Assembly (NCBI GenBank): GCA_963745235.1
Contig: CAVUXE010000028.1
Coordinates: 93,171-157,170, forward strand
DNA: 64,000 nucleotides
Reading direction: 5' to 3'
DNA from: an uncultured Spirochaetota bacterium
GTDB taxonomy: Bacteria > Spirochaetota > Spirochaetia > SZUA-6 > Fen-1364
Positions 20,101 to 29,269 of this stretch are shown here, piece by piece. Within the stretch, counting starts at the first letter, position 1. Every line of letters starts with the position of its first letter. The notes under the pieces were generated by a model. It was not told the DNA's origin and did no database searches. It saw only the letters and a program-made list of their open reading frames with translations. The position numbers were made by a program, and so were the translations under genes.

Positions 20101-20518
20101 AAGTGACGCGGTAAAGACCGGTCGGGTTGTGAGACGCCGGAGCGGACGGAGGCACGTTGCCAAACGGCATGACGACGTTGGTGTAGTGGGGCTTGTCATA
20201 CCCCTGGAGGGTCCAGGTGCCCGGCACGCTGATCTCCCCCCAGGAGGACTCATCGAACTGAGGGTCGGCAAAACACGCGGCGCCGTTGCCTCGAGGAACG
20301 GCGACGGGGTTCTCCGCGAGAGCAAACCGCCAGGACCCGTCCAGGCTCAGGAACCAGGGGCTGCCGGACCCGGTGCCCCGGGGACCCGAAGCGGCCGCGG
20401 CCCGGGCATCTTCTGCGTCCGGCCAGGGAATGAGAGGGCTTCGCATGGGAAGCCTGCCCTCGCCGCTTACCTCAGGGCTTTGCCATGCATGTCTCGAGTG
20501 AAAAAGGTCTATCTCCAT
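17198..20518 (-). CDS. lacZ: beta-galactosidase, glycoside hydrolase family 2
   Basis: 1106 aa with GH2 blocks HYTNVVMPF, NAVRLSHYPND, WSLGNESGYG and MCEYSHAMGNSNG, plus a C-terminal small-chain-like domain. Confidence 0.9.
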   Translation of the reverse strand: MEIDLFHSRHAWQSPEVSGEGRLPMRSPLIPWPDAEDARAAAASGPRGTGSGSPWFLSLDGSWRFALAENPVAVPRGNGAACFADPQFDESSWGEISVPGTWTLQGYDKPHYTNVVMPFGNVPPSAPASHNPTGLYRVTFTLPAHWERRRTVLHVGGAESFLETWCNGERLGFSKDTRLPSEFDLTPCVRAGTNLLAFMVVRYSDASFIEDQDQWWYGGIYRSVYLYSTDFAYIADVDARPAGGSVDVTVKLGFTFDPSHGAAAGTAPPDYAAGSGLPPGVDAAARRGDWTVVTALHGPQRLGSSGFSPAAGAPVALARTAVAAAYRTSRWEARISLPLEAPAPWSHEDPALYTLVVSLVSPGGLATEHVACRVGFRRVEVKERALLINGVRVLVKGVNRHEHDERHGKTLALSDMIKDIEIMKRHNFNAVRLSHYPNDERWYDLCDEYGLYLIDEADIESHAYYDHLCRDPRWASAFLERGMRMALRDKNHPSVIIWSLGNESGYGPNHDALAGWLRTFDPTRPLHYEGCSRPEWGQGRPTLESVKRGRRATDIVSTMYPPLDLLEEWAATTTDDRPFIMCEYSHAMGNSNGSLSDYWALIERLPGLQGGFIWDWVDQGLEAFDSAGRKYWKYGGDFGDSPSDLDFICNGLVFPDRSAKPVLAECARLFQPVAASAEHPFKGRILLRNRHDFSDLTGIELRWALQADGEPILTGTRALPDLAPGAGAEMDLEIPWTPKTRAALAGAESFLFLEFVLSAPRAWAPAGHRIGWAQLELGAPAARRHVPPRSAGVAPAVSALSASGGYEVRSPTAGGRPGWEAVISPEGFLSVLAGPDGNLLAAPLVPNLWRAPTENDGLKLFMDLRGIPDFAFYCRDKVMYEWLDAGLDALRFSLAQMRTGAANVEIVHDLSGRTGRRLGRLLQKWRFSATGPDCSFSFDLDASLPELPRVGMTCALAPGLEHVRWYGRGPHECYSDRKAGAAVGIYQADVDALQVPYVLPQENGNRTDVRWVEVAPARGGARAAGLRVDSTSTFDFSASHHSVEQLWKARHTSELVRRPEVFLTIDIAQRGVGTATCGPDTLERYRLRPGARSLALFLRVITSETS

Positions 20519-20537
20519 GCTTCCTCGGGCGCTCAGC

Positions 20538-21359
20538 TCACTTTACGGATCCCAGCAGGCCCGCGACGAACTGCTTCTGCATGGTCAGGAACAGAATCAG
20601 GACGGGCAGCGTGGAGATGCAGACGATCACCATGAGCGCGCCGTACTGGATCGTGTACGCCTGCATGATGGACGACATTGCGATGGGGAGCGTCTTTATC
20701 GCATCGTTGAGGATCGTGATGAGCGGCCACAGGTAGGAGTTCCACTGGGCAAGGAACATGTAGATGGCGGCGGAGGCGAAGCTCGCCCGCATGGAAGGGG
20801 CCACGATGCGCACGAGGATGCTCAGCTCGCTCGCCCCGTCCACGCGCGCCGCCTCCATGATCTCCGTGGGGAACAGCTTGAAGTTCTGGCGCAGGAAAAA
20901 GATGATGAACACCGACATGATGGAGGGAAGAATGATTGCGGCGCGCGTGTTGAGCAGCTTGATGAAGCTGAAGAGCTTGAACATCGGGACCACGATGGCG
21001 ATCTGCGGGAGGATGAGCGTCAGGAGAAGGATCCCGAAAACCCGGTCTCTTGCCCGGGAGGGGTATTTCTCGAAGCCGAACGCGGCCAGGGCATTGATGG
21101 CGACCCCGAAGATGACGGTGGCAAGCGCGATCACGAGGGAGTTCGTGAAAAAGAGGGGCAGGTTGTAGGCCGTCGTGGCCTGCCGCCAGTTGGACATGAA
21201 GTCCCCTCCGGGCAAGAGGATGCCGCGGAGCACATCGTTCGGGTTCAGCGTCATGCCGTTGAGCATCCAGTAGAACGGGAACACGCTCACCGCCGCGCAG
21301 ACGAGCAGCACGAGCCACATCATCATTCGTCCCAGGGACCACTTGTTGGCGACGGTCAT
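20538..21359 (-). CDS. carbohydrate ABC transporter permease (MalG-like)
   Basis: 273 aa, multi-TM, with EAA loop MEAARVDGASELSILVRIVAPS. Confidence 0.9.
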   Translation of the reverse strand: MTVANKWSLGRMMMWLVLLVCAAVSVFPFYWMLNGMTLNPNDVLRGILLPGGDFMSNWRQATTAYNLPLFFTNSLVIALATVIFGVAINALAAFGFEKYPSRARDRVFGILLLTLILPQIAIVVPMFKLFSFIKLLNTRAAIILPSIMSVFIIFFLRQNFKLFPTEIMEAARVDGASELSILVRIVAPSMRASFASAAIYMFLAQWNSYLWPLITILNDAIKTLPIAMSSIMQAYTIQYGALMVIVCISTLPVLILFLTMQKQFVAGLLGSVK

Positions 21360-22252
21360 TGCGCGCGCCTTTCTCCGCCCAGGAGTCGCAACTGGATGAA
21401 GGCCAGGATTCCGGAGATGACCACCACGACATACGACATCGAGGTGGCGTATCCGAAGTCGAAATTGACGAAGAAGGCCTGGCGATAGATGTAGAGCGCC
21501 GCCGTCATCGTTGCATTCGACGGCCCTCCCTGGAACGTGAGTATGTTGGGTTCTTCAATGAGCTGCATGGTGCCGCTGGTAGAGGTCACCGCGGAAAAGA
21601 GGATGATGGGGACGAGGAGCGGGACGGTGATGGTGAAGAACTGCCGGGCCTTGGAGGCCCCGTCCACCTCCGCCGCCTCGAAGATCTGCGTGTCGAGGCT
21701 CTGCAGCCCCACGAGGAAGAAGACCATGTTGTAGCCCGTCCATCGCCACGTGATGGCCAGCATGATGGTCACCTTGGCCCAGAATGAGTTGTTGAGCCAG
21801 CCAATGGGAGAGCTGATGAGGTGCCCGCTCAGCATCACGTTGTTGAGAAAGCCGTTGGTCTGAAGAAGGACCCGAAACAGCACCGAGACGACGACCAGCG
21901 ACGTGACGCTGGGCAGGAAGATGGCAAGCCGCAGCGCGCCGCGGAAGCGGCGGATGCCCTGGTTCAGGAGCACGGCAAGCACCAGGGCAAGGAAGACCAT
22001 GACGGGGACCTGGATGAGCATGAAGATGAAGTTATGCCCCAGGGCCGCCTGGAAGACATTGTCATGAGCCATGCGGACGAAATTGCCCAGGCCGATGAAC
22101 GCGTTCGACGTTCCCTTCCATCTCCGCGTGACGTAGTACAGCGACGAGAGGATGGGATAGGCATAGAAAACGCAGAAAAAGAACGCGGATGGGGCGATGC
22201 AGAACCATCCGAATCGGTTGAGGTATCGTTGGTGGGCTCCAAACGCTGCCAC
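21356..22252 (-). CDS. carbohydrate ABC transporter permease (MalF-like)
   Basis: 298 aa with EAA loop FEAAEVDGASKARQFFTITVPL. It overlaps the downstream permease gene by 4 nt. Confidence 0.9.
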   Translation of the reverse strand: MAAFGAHQRYLNRFGWFCIAPSAFFFCVFYAYPILSSLYYVTRRWKGTSNAFIGLGNFVRMAHDNVFQAALGHNFIFMLIQVPVMVFLALVLAVLLNQGIRRFRGALRLAIFLPSVTSLVVVSVLFRVLLQTNGFLNNVMLSGHLISSPIGWLNNSFWAKVTIMLAITWRWTGYNMVFFLVGLQSLDTQIFEAAEVDGASKARQFFTITVPLLVPIILFSAVTSTSGTMQLIEEPNILTFQGGPSNATMTAALYIYRQAFFVNFDFGYATSMSYVVVVISGILAFIQLRLLGGERRAQ

Positions 22253-22348
22253 GGTTTGCTCCTGGTGGATCTGTCTTGCAAAAAGGCTTCCGCCCCCTGC
22301 CCGGTAGCTCCGAGCGGAGACGGAAGCCGCTGGGACACCCGGTGGTGT

Positions 22349-23633
22349 CTACTGGCCCATGACCTGCTTGTACTCGGCTTCTGCCGCGGCGATGGTGTCA
22401 TCCACGCTGGACAGTTTGCCCTGGAAATAGTTCAGCACGGCGTGCGCAACAGCGTCCCGCATGGGCTGATAGTTCGGAGTGTACTTCAGGACGGGGACGT
22501 TGGACATCCACGCGGCAAAAGTCCTTGTAGATGGGCTGGCTCTTGTAGAAGAACTCGTCACGCGCCGTGTAGTTCGAGCCCTTCTGGCTGGGGAGGAAGG
22601 TGCCCATTGCGCCGGCGCCCTTGAGGATGGTGTTGTAGAAAGCAAGGGTGTCGGGCGTGGCGGTGGCCCAGACAGACTTCAGGAAGTCAACCGCGACGGC
22701 CTTGTTGGGGCTGGAGGAGAAGACGTACCAGCTTGAACCGCCGTTGTTGGAGGCGTTGGCCGCGCCAGGCACTCCTTCGATCCGCGGGGTGGGCAGAATC
22801 ATGTACTTGCCCGCGTTCTCCGGCCGCGACTTCACGGACCCGACCATCCAGATGGCGTTGAGGAAGCCCGCGCTCTGGTCGCTGTTGATGGCGTTGATCC
22901 AGTCACTCCAACCGACCACGCTGTACAGCAGGCCCTTGTCGTTGAGCTCCTTGAACAGGCCGAGGGACTTCCTGAACGCCTCACTGTGCAGGTTGAGCGA
23001 CCCGTCCGGCTTGAAGAACTGCCCTCCGGTGGACTGCACGACAATGCGCAGCATGTCGAAGTTGTCGCTCTGGTAGGACAGCAGAGGTTTGTTTGTCTTG
23101 GCCTTCACCGTGACTCCGAGCTTCACAACGTCAGCCCACTTCATTTTCTTGCCCATGTAGCTGTCAGGGTTGAGCCCGGCGGCCTTGAGATAGTCCGCGC
23201 GAAGCCACAGGCCGGTTGAGCCCGTATCGAATGGGATGCCATAGACCTTCTTGCCCACCGTCATGGGCCCGACCTTGTACGCGGCGAACTTGGAGTAGTC
23301 CACGCCCGCTGCCTTCAGGTCCACGAACGCATCCGGATAGTCGTGCAGGAACTGCTCGATACGGAAGTCCTGGAACAGGGCGATGTCCGGCAAGCCGGCG
23401 CCTCCCGCCTGCAGGCCGGCGCTGATTTTTGCCTCGATGTCCTGCGCCATGTCAACGACGTCAATGGTGACGTCGGCGTGGGTCTTGTTGTAGACCATTG
23501 CCGCCTGTTTCATGGCGTAGACGTTGAAGTTGGGGTCCCAACACCATACGGTGATCTTCTGCTGGGCAAAGACCCCGGGGACGAATGCCAGGAACAGGAC
23601 CAGCGCGAGCGCTGTGACCAATCCTTTTTTCAC
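22349..23633 (-). pseudogene. ABC transporter solute-binding protein (family 1), frame disrupted near 22517-22520
   Basis: Built from ORFs 22398..23819 and 22349..22645. GTG start at 23633 follows GAAGGAGG, with signal peptide VKKGLVTALALVLFLAFVPGVFA. The junction is ...QPIYKDF / AAWMSNVPVLKY, at a coding-strand T4 run. Confidence 0.8.
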
Positions 23634-23790
23634 GAGAGGCCTCCTTCTGAGAGTGGTTGTGCACCCACAAGGGCGCGCAGGAGATTGTGCTTCCGGCCGG
23701 GCCCGTTCACAAGAGACAGATGTCACTGAAGGGGAAGGAATTACCCGGTACATTTGTCCCGCGTCTCCCCGGGGCAGGGCTGTCCGCGCC

Positions 23791-24466
23791 CTACTCGTGG
23801 TAGCGGAGCTTGTTCGCAAGCTGGATGATCTGGAACCGGTCCTGCACCCCGAGCTTGGAGTAGATCATGCTCACGTGGTTGCGCACCGTATGCTCGGCCA
23901 TGTGGAGCTCCTCCCCTATCTGCGCATTGTCGTAGCCTCGGGCAATGAGCGTGAAGACTTCCCGCTCGCGCCGGGTCAGACTTTCAAACCATTCCAGACG
24001 TCCCGCGATTTCGCGCGCCGGCGAGGGCTCCTCGCTGAGGACGCTCCTCATCAGCTTTGCGACCACCTGCGGCGAGATCTGGACTGCCCCGCCCTTGAGA
24101 GCGCGGATGCTGGCGATGAGCTCGGTCGGGGATATGTCCTTCAATAGATAACCCGCGGCGCCAAGCTTCAAAGCGTTGCGAACGTATTCGTCTTCGTCGT
24201 AGGTGGACAGGATCAGGATGCGGACCCCTGGCTGGGCTGCCAGGAGCTTGCCCGGTGGCTTCCACACCGTCCATGACCGGCATGTGGACATCCATGAGGA
24301 CGATGTCGGGATGGAGATCCGCCGCTTTCTCCAGCGCCTCCCTGCCATTCCTTGCAAGTCCCACCACTTCGATGTCTGCCGCGTAGTTGCGAAGAAAAGT
24401 GGACAGGCTCTCCAGGAAGAGGACCTGGTCGTCGACAATCAGCAGGCGGATCTTCTCCATCGACAA
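23791..24466 (-). pseudogene. NarL/LuxR-family response regulator, frame disrupted at 24249-24255
   Basis: Built from ORFs 23984..24466 and 23791..24438. The REC domain has LLIVDDQ and DIVLMDVHMPVMDG. The LuxR HTH is LTRREREVFTLIARGYDNAQIGEELHMAEHTVRNHVSMIYSKLGV. Removing one G from ACCGGGCAAGC restores ...EATGKLLAAQPGVRILIL. Confidence 0.85.
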
Positions 24467-24471
24467 ACCTC

Positions 24472-25749
24472 TTACGCGATGTCCGCGGGGGGCTTGATGG
24501 GCACCTGCACGGTGAGGGAAAACCCGCCTTCAGGCGCCCGTCCCACGCTGACGGTTCCCCCCAGAGCGCCAAGCCGCTCCTCCATCCCCGCAATGCCGAT
24601 CCCTTTCACGATCTCGAAGGCCCCCTTGCCGTTGTCTGTAATGTTCAGCCGCAACTCCTCTCCCTCTACCCAGAAGATCACTCTGACCCGGGACGCCTTG
24701 CCGTGGCGTACGGCGTTCGTGAGGGCTTCCTGGACGGTACGGTACAGGGCAAGGCTCAGCTCCCGGCTGAGAGAGTTGGGGAGATTGCCGAGACTGAGCA
24801 TCACGTCGAGGCCCGTGATCTTGCGGAAGATGGAGACGATCTTGTAGATGGCGCGCGGGGCGTTGCTCTGCGCGGGCGGCTCGCCACGCAGCCTCCGCAG
24901 CGCAAGGCGCGTCTCCTGCAGCCCCTCCTGGGCCGTCTTGCGCGCCGTGATCAGCACGTCAGTCAGTCCGGCCTGGTCGTCGCGGGGCATGCTTCCCGCC
25001 GCGTCCATGAGGGCGACAAGGTTCGTGAAGATGTAGCCGGAGATATCGTGGATCTCCCTGCTGATGCGGTTTCGCTCCCGTTCGGAGGACTCTTCGTCCA
25101 CGGTGCGCGCGTAGCCCTGGAGGTTGCGGTTCAGCTCCGCGAGGGTGTCCAAGTTCACCTCCTGGAAGCGAAGCACCTCGTCCTGCTCCTGACGCCGCTC
25201 CGTCATGTGCGCAAGAAGGGATGCCACAACGGCAAAAGCCGCCAGGACGAAGCAGTACGCTGTGAGCTGGTCCAGGGTCGGTGAAAGGATGGTATCCACG
25301 AGGCTGTTGGAGCCGAAGATTGCGGGCAGGGCCTGCGCAAGGGCAAGAGCGGCCAGGGCGAGTGCACTGATGACCAGCCCGACGGGAAACGCGGCAAGGA
25401 TACCGATCTCCGTCATCAGCCCGACCCCCAGCACCAGCCGAGAGGAGAGAAAGGCGCCGATGCTGTACCCGAAAACGATGAGCAGATACGTCCGCAGAAG
25501 CAGGACGATGGAGAGCCACATTCCGGGGCGCAGGAACAACGCGAGGACACTCATTGCCGCCGAGGCCGCGATGCAACCGAAGTAGGTTTCCGGGAAAAAG
25601 GCGTGCGTGCTCAGACCAACCGATGCGGGCCAGAAGAAAACCGCCGCCAGGCCGTACGTGAGGCCCAGGACAGCGAGATGGAAAACCTTGACAATTGTCA
25701 TTCTCCCGAAAAAGGACGAAGCGGTCAGGCTGGTTCCTCGCGCGGACAT
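24472..25749 (-). CDS. membrane sensor histidine kinase (HisKA_3 / NarX-LiaS type)
   Basis: 425 aa. The N-terminal half has several TM segments. Contains H-box ISREIHDISGY and the HATPase blocks ALTNAVRH, ITDNGKG and GIGIAGMEER. Confidence 0.85.
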   Translation of the reverse strand: MSARGTSLTASSFFGRMTIVKVFHLAVLGLTYGLAAVFFWPASVGLSTHAFFPETYFGCIAASAAMSVLALFLRPGMWLSIVLLLRTYLLIVFGYSIGAFLSSRLVLGVGLMTEIGILAAFPVGLVISALALAALALAQALPAIFGSNSLVDTILSPTLDQLTAYCFVLAAFAVVASLLAHMTERRQEQDEVLRFQEVNLDTLAELNRNLQGYARTVDEESSERERNRISREIHDISGYIFTNLVALMDAAGSMPRDDQAGLTDVLITARKTAQEGLQETRLALRRLRGEPPAQSNAPRAIYKIVSIFRKITGLDVMLSLGNLPNSLSRELSLALYRTVQEALTNAVRHGKASRVRVIFWVEGEELRLNITDNGKGAFEIVKGIGIAGMEERLGALGGTVSVGRAPEGGFSLTVQVPIKPPADIA

Positions 25750-25799
25750 GATAGAGCCTGATACCGCGGAAGTAAAGGAGGTGACAGCTTCACCCGCGG

Positions 25800-26777
25800 C
25801 TATCGCACGAGCCCACCTTCGCCTGGCAGCTTCATATCCGCCGGTGGACGATACTTTCCCAATCCGCCGCCGATCACGTAGTCCGCGATCTGCTCAAGGG
25901 TGGTGATCCATACCCTCTCTGTGCCCTGGATGGAGCCGATTATCCGCTCCAGGAGTCTCATGCGGGAGGGCCGTCCGGTGACAAAGGGGTGTAATGTCAG
26001 AACGAAGCAGCCGCCAAACTGATAGTAGCCCAGGAACTCCTCGGACCAGATGTCGAAGACCTTCGATGGGCTGGAAATGCCGTTTCCAAGCTGGGGAGAA
26101 GAGCAGTAGCCGAAATGGACCCAATCATCGTTCGTCCAGTGGACGGGGATCTCCAGGAGCCTCTCATGCGCTCCCGCCTGAATGTGATACGGTTCATCAT
26201 CTCCCATGAGGCTCGAGTCGTATTTGAAATCGTTTTCTTTCAACAACCTCGGCGTTCGCTCACGCATTTCCCACGAAGGCGCGCGGTACCCTCGTGGCCT
26301 CTTGCCGGTAATCCGTTGAAGAATCTCTATTCCCTTTCCCAGAACCTCTCTTTCCTGCTCCTCCTCGATGAGATCCGGCCTCTCATGAAGGTACCCATGG
26401 TGCGCCACTTCGTGTCCACGACGAGCCATGTCCTCCACCACGTCCTGGTGCCTTTCCGCCGCGTACCCAGGTACGAAGAATGTGGCGCGTATTCCACGAT
26501 CGTCAAGAAGGTCCAGGATCCTCGGCAGTCCGACTTCAGGTCCGTATGTCGCCTCGGATTGCAAGGACAGGCGGTGCCTCGCGTTCTCCCTGTCGTAGCC
26601 AAACGCAGCACATTCCCCGTCTTCATCGAATGTGAATGCCACCGCGCACCTGTTCCCATGAGGCCAGTTCACGCTCCGCTCTCTTTCCCATGAAGAGGCG
26701 CGGCACGCGCCGTGCCGCGCCCTGCGTCTTCTCTTTCTATTTCTATGGCAGAAGCTTGAAGTTCGGCATGTAGCCAT
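25800..26777 (-). CDS. polysaccharide deacetylase (NodB/CE4 family)
   Basis: Contains FTFDEDGE, HHGYLHE and RAPSWE blocks. The start is uncertain because the annotated ATG overlaps the upstream gene by 35 nt. Confidence 0.8.
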   Translation of the reverse strand: MATCRTSSFCHRNRKRRRRARHGACRASSWERERSVNWPHGNRCAVAFTFDEDGECAAFGYDRENARHRLSLQSEATYGPEVGLPRILDLLDDRGIRATFFVPGYAAERHQDVVEDMARRGHEVAHHGYLHERPDLIEEEQEREVLGKGIEILQRITGKRPRGYRAPSWEMRERTPRLLKENDFKYDSSLMGDDEPYHIQAGAHERLLEIPVHWTNDDWVHFGYCSSPQLGNGISSPSKVFDIWSEEFLGYYQFGGCFVLTLHPFVTGRPSRMRLLERIIGSIQGTERVWITTLEQIADYVIGGGLGKYRPPADMKLPGEGGLVR

Positions 26778-27447
26778 GGATGCGAAATGCCCGAAACCCT
26801 TCCGCGTATCGAAACCCTGACTGCAGGCCGCGAAACTCGCTGATGACCCTGCAAAAATCGGAAAGAGTCTGCGTCTGGAATGTGGCCATCCAATCGAACT
26901 GACTCTTGTGAGAAGAGAGACCTTTCAGCTTCTTATCCATGACGTCGGTGATATCGACGTACACTTCCGGCTCGAAATGTATCCCGGCGCCCGTATCCCA
27001 GTAGAAGAGTGAGGGAGATTTCTTGATCGGCGGGACATCGGCTTTTACGTTTTTCCCAGGCAGGGAAAGCATGATTCGACTGACGATTGTGGCTATGACG
27101 TTGTGGTCTGTGCTCATGTCCCCGGGGAAATGAGTCAGAATGACGTCGGGATCCGCCCAGCGAACCGCATTCAGCACGTTTCTGCGGACGTCCTCGTTCT
27201 CGACGAGACCCTCGTCATCGTAGCGGAGGAACCTTACCTGTGCGCTGTAGATCTTTGCAGCTTCCAGCTGCTCTGCTTCCCGGATACGCGCGATCTCCTC
27301 CCTTCCCTCGAGTATGTTCGACCCCTGGTTGCCGCTCGTGGCAAGCGCAATGAAAATGCGATGCCCCGCCGCTGCGTATTTCAGCAGGGTCCCGGCGCAG
27401 AAGAGCTCCACGTCGTCAGGATGAGCGCCGAATGCAAGAATGTTCAT
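26743..27447 (-). CDS. PIG-L/LmbE-family N-acetyl-glucosaminyl deacetylase
   Basis: MNILAFGAHPDDVELFCAG carries the AHPDD zinc motif. The start at 27447 follows AAAGGAGAAAAG and lies inside ORF 26743..27699. Confidence 0.85.
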   Translation of the reverse strand: MNILAFGAHPDDVELFCAGTLLKYAAAGHRIFIALATSGNQGSNILEGREEIARIREAEQLEAAKIYSAQVRFLRYDDEGLVENEDVRRNVLNAVRWADPDVILTHFPGDMSTDHNVIATIVSRIMLSLPGKNVKADVPPIKKSPSLFYWDTGAGIHFEPEVYVDITDVMDKKLKGLSSHKSQFDWMATFQTQTLSDFCRVISEFRGLQSGFRYAEGFRAFRIHGYMPNFKLLP

Positions 27448-27479
27448 GTCTTTTCTCCTTTTCTGGCACCTGTTTCGAT

Positions 27480-28307
27480 TCAGGCTTTCAAACCAGTCAT
27501 TGCGATTCCTTGAACGAAATATCTGGACAAGAAGATGTAAAGCAGCAGCAAGGGAAGGCAGGCGATGACGCTCACGGCGAGCTGCTCGGGATAGGGGGTG
27601 TTGTACCCTCCCTTGAAGAGAGCGATCCCCTGGGGCAGGACGCGCATGTCGGGGTTGGAAATGAGAATCAGCGGCCACAGAAGGAGGTTCCATACCCACT
27701 GGGCATGAAAGATCACGAGGGCCAGCAGCGCGGTTTTCGCCATGGGGACAGCAATCCTTGCGAAAATGGCGTACTCGCTCGCCCCGTCTATGCGCGCGCT
27801 TTCCACATAGTCATCAGGCAGGGAATAGAAGAACTGGCGCATCATGAAGACCCCGAAGGCCGTAAGGCCTTCCGGTATGACCAACCCCCAGTAGGTGTTC
27901 TGAAGCCCCATTTTTCGAACCAGGATGAAAAGCGGGACCACGATTGCCTCGAAGGTAATCATGATGGTGGCCAGGACCACGGTAAAAAGGAGGGCATTTC
28001 CCTTGAAGCGATATTTCGCAAACCCGTACCCTGCCGTGGCTGAGAGAAACAGGCAGAGCAGAACGGCAAGGGTCGTGACTATCACGCTGTTGAGAATGAA
28101 TCGGAGGAAATTGAAATCTGGAAAAGCGGTGAAGACGTTGTAGTAGCTTCTCCAGTTCCAGACGGGAGGGAGGAACCTGATAGGGATGGCAAGGACATCC
28201 TTGTTCAACTTGACAGAGGAGATCATCATCCAGAAAAAAGGAAACACGAAGGCAAGCCCGAGAATCAGGAGAACGGCATAGAGTGCCGACTTTTTAATCG
28301 TTCTCAC
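27480..28307 (-). CDS. carbohydrate ABC transporter permease (MalG-like)
   Basis: 275 aa with EAA loop VESARIDGASEYAIFARIAVPM. Confidence 0.9.
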   Translation of the reverse strand: MRTIKKSALYAVLLILGLAFVFPFFWMMISSVKLNKDVLAIPIRFLPPVWNWRSYYNVFTAFPDFNFLRFILNSVIVTTLAVLLCLFLSATAGYGFAKYRFKGNALLFTVVLATIMITFEAIVVPLFILVRKMGLQNTYWGLVIPEGLTAFGVFMMRQFFYSLPDDYVESARIDGASEYAIFARIAVPMAKTALLALVIFHAQWVWNLLLWPLILISNPDMRVLPQGIALFKGGYNTPYPEQLAVSVIACLPLLLLYIFLSRYFVQGIAMTGLKA

Positions 28308-28310
28308 GCC

Positions 28311-29207
28311 TCATCCTCCTGCCGTCCCTGACTTGAAGAGCCGAAGCTGGAAAATCGAAAATACAAGGAGAGTCACGAAAAACAGCACCGAGATGGCGGC
28401 TGAATAGCCGAACTTGCTGAACTCAAAAGCCTGGCGAAAGAGGAGCAGGGAGAGGATCTCGGTTGATCGGCTTGGTCCTCCCTTTGTAATGACGTACTGG
28501 ATGGAGAACTGTCCGAAGGTGAAAATAACGCAGGATATCACGGCGAGGGCAATCGTGTTCCTTATGCTTGGAATCGTGACGTAGTATAACTGGGCCCAGA
28601 ACCCGGCTCCGTCCATCCGTGAGGCTTCATACAGGCTCACTGGCACATCGAGAAGCCCCGCAATATAGATCACCATGTAATAGCCAACCGACTTCCATAC
28701 GAACGTAATGATGATTGCGTAGGGGGCCGCGGCGGTGCTGGTCAGCCACGCGGGGCTCGCTCCGAAGATTGCCCGAGTGACAATGGAGATGATCCCGGTG
28801 GATTGATACATGAACTCCCAGACGACGCCCACGGCCACGATGGACAGAATGACGGGAAGAAAGACAAGGGATTGAAGGAGGTTCTTGTGCTGGATCAAAC
28901 GACTCCCAAACAGGAGAGCGAAGACGAATGCCATGAGATTGATTGCCACCACGCTGATCACGCTGAAATGGAGAGTCCGCAGGTACGAGTTGATGGTTTG
29001 CGGGTCGCTCACCATCGTTACAAAGTTCCTGAGGCCGACGAACTTCTGCGGAGTAAGCAAGTCCCACTGGAAGAATGACAGGCGGAAAGCGCTCAGCATG
29101 GGATAGATGAGGAAGAGAGAGAAGAAGATGAGCGTCGGCAGGATGAACACGTAGCCATGTCTCTGCAGGCGTGTCACCGAATAGCTGGCCTTTTGCATGC
29201 GCCTCAC
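28311..29207 (-). CDS. carbohydrate ABC transporter permease (MalF-like)
   Basis: 298 aa with EAA loop YEASRMDGAGFWAQLYYVTIPS. Confidence 0.9.
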   Translation of the reverse strand: MRRMQKASYSVTRLQRHGYVFILPTLIFFSLFLIYPMLSAFRLSFFQWDLLTPQKFVGLRNFVTMVSDPQTINSYLRTLHFSVISVVAINLMAFVFALLFGSRLIQHKNLLQSLVFLPVILSIVAVGVVWEFMYQSTGIISIVTRAIFGASPAWLTSTAAAPYAIIITFVWKSVGYYMVIYIAGLLDVPVSLYEASRMDGAGFWAQLYYVTIPSIRNTIALAVISCVIFTFGQFSIQYVITKGGPSRSTEILSLLLFRQAFEFSKFGYSAAISVLFFVTLLVFSIFQLRLFKSGTAGG

Positions 29208-29269
29208 TCTGTGCTCTTTGGGAAAAAGGGCGTCCCCGACGAGATGTCAGGGACGCGCGCAGGGACCCT

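Noticed and set aside
26743-26777. A 35-nt overlap between the PIG-L deacetylase stop and the annotated start of the CE4 deacetylase.
   Set aside because: This is most likely just an over-extended ORF. The conserved CE4 domain begins about 35 codons downstream, and an in-frame GTG near 26665 could be the true start.
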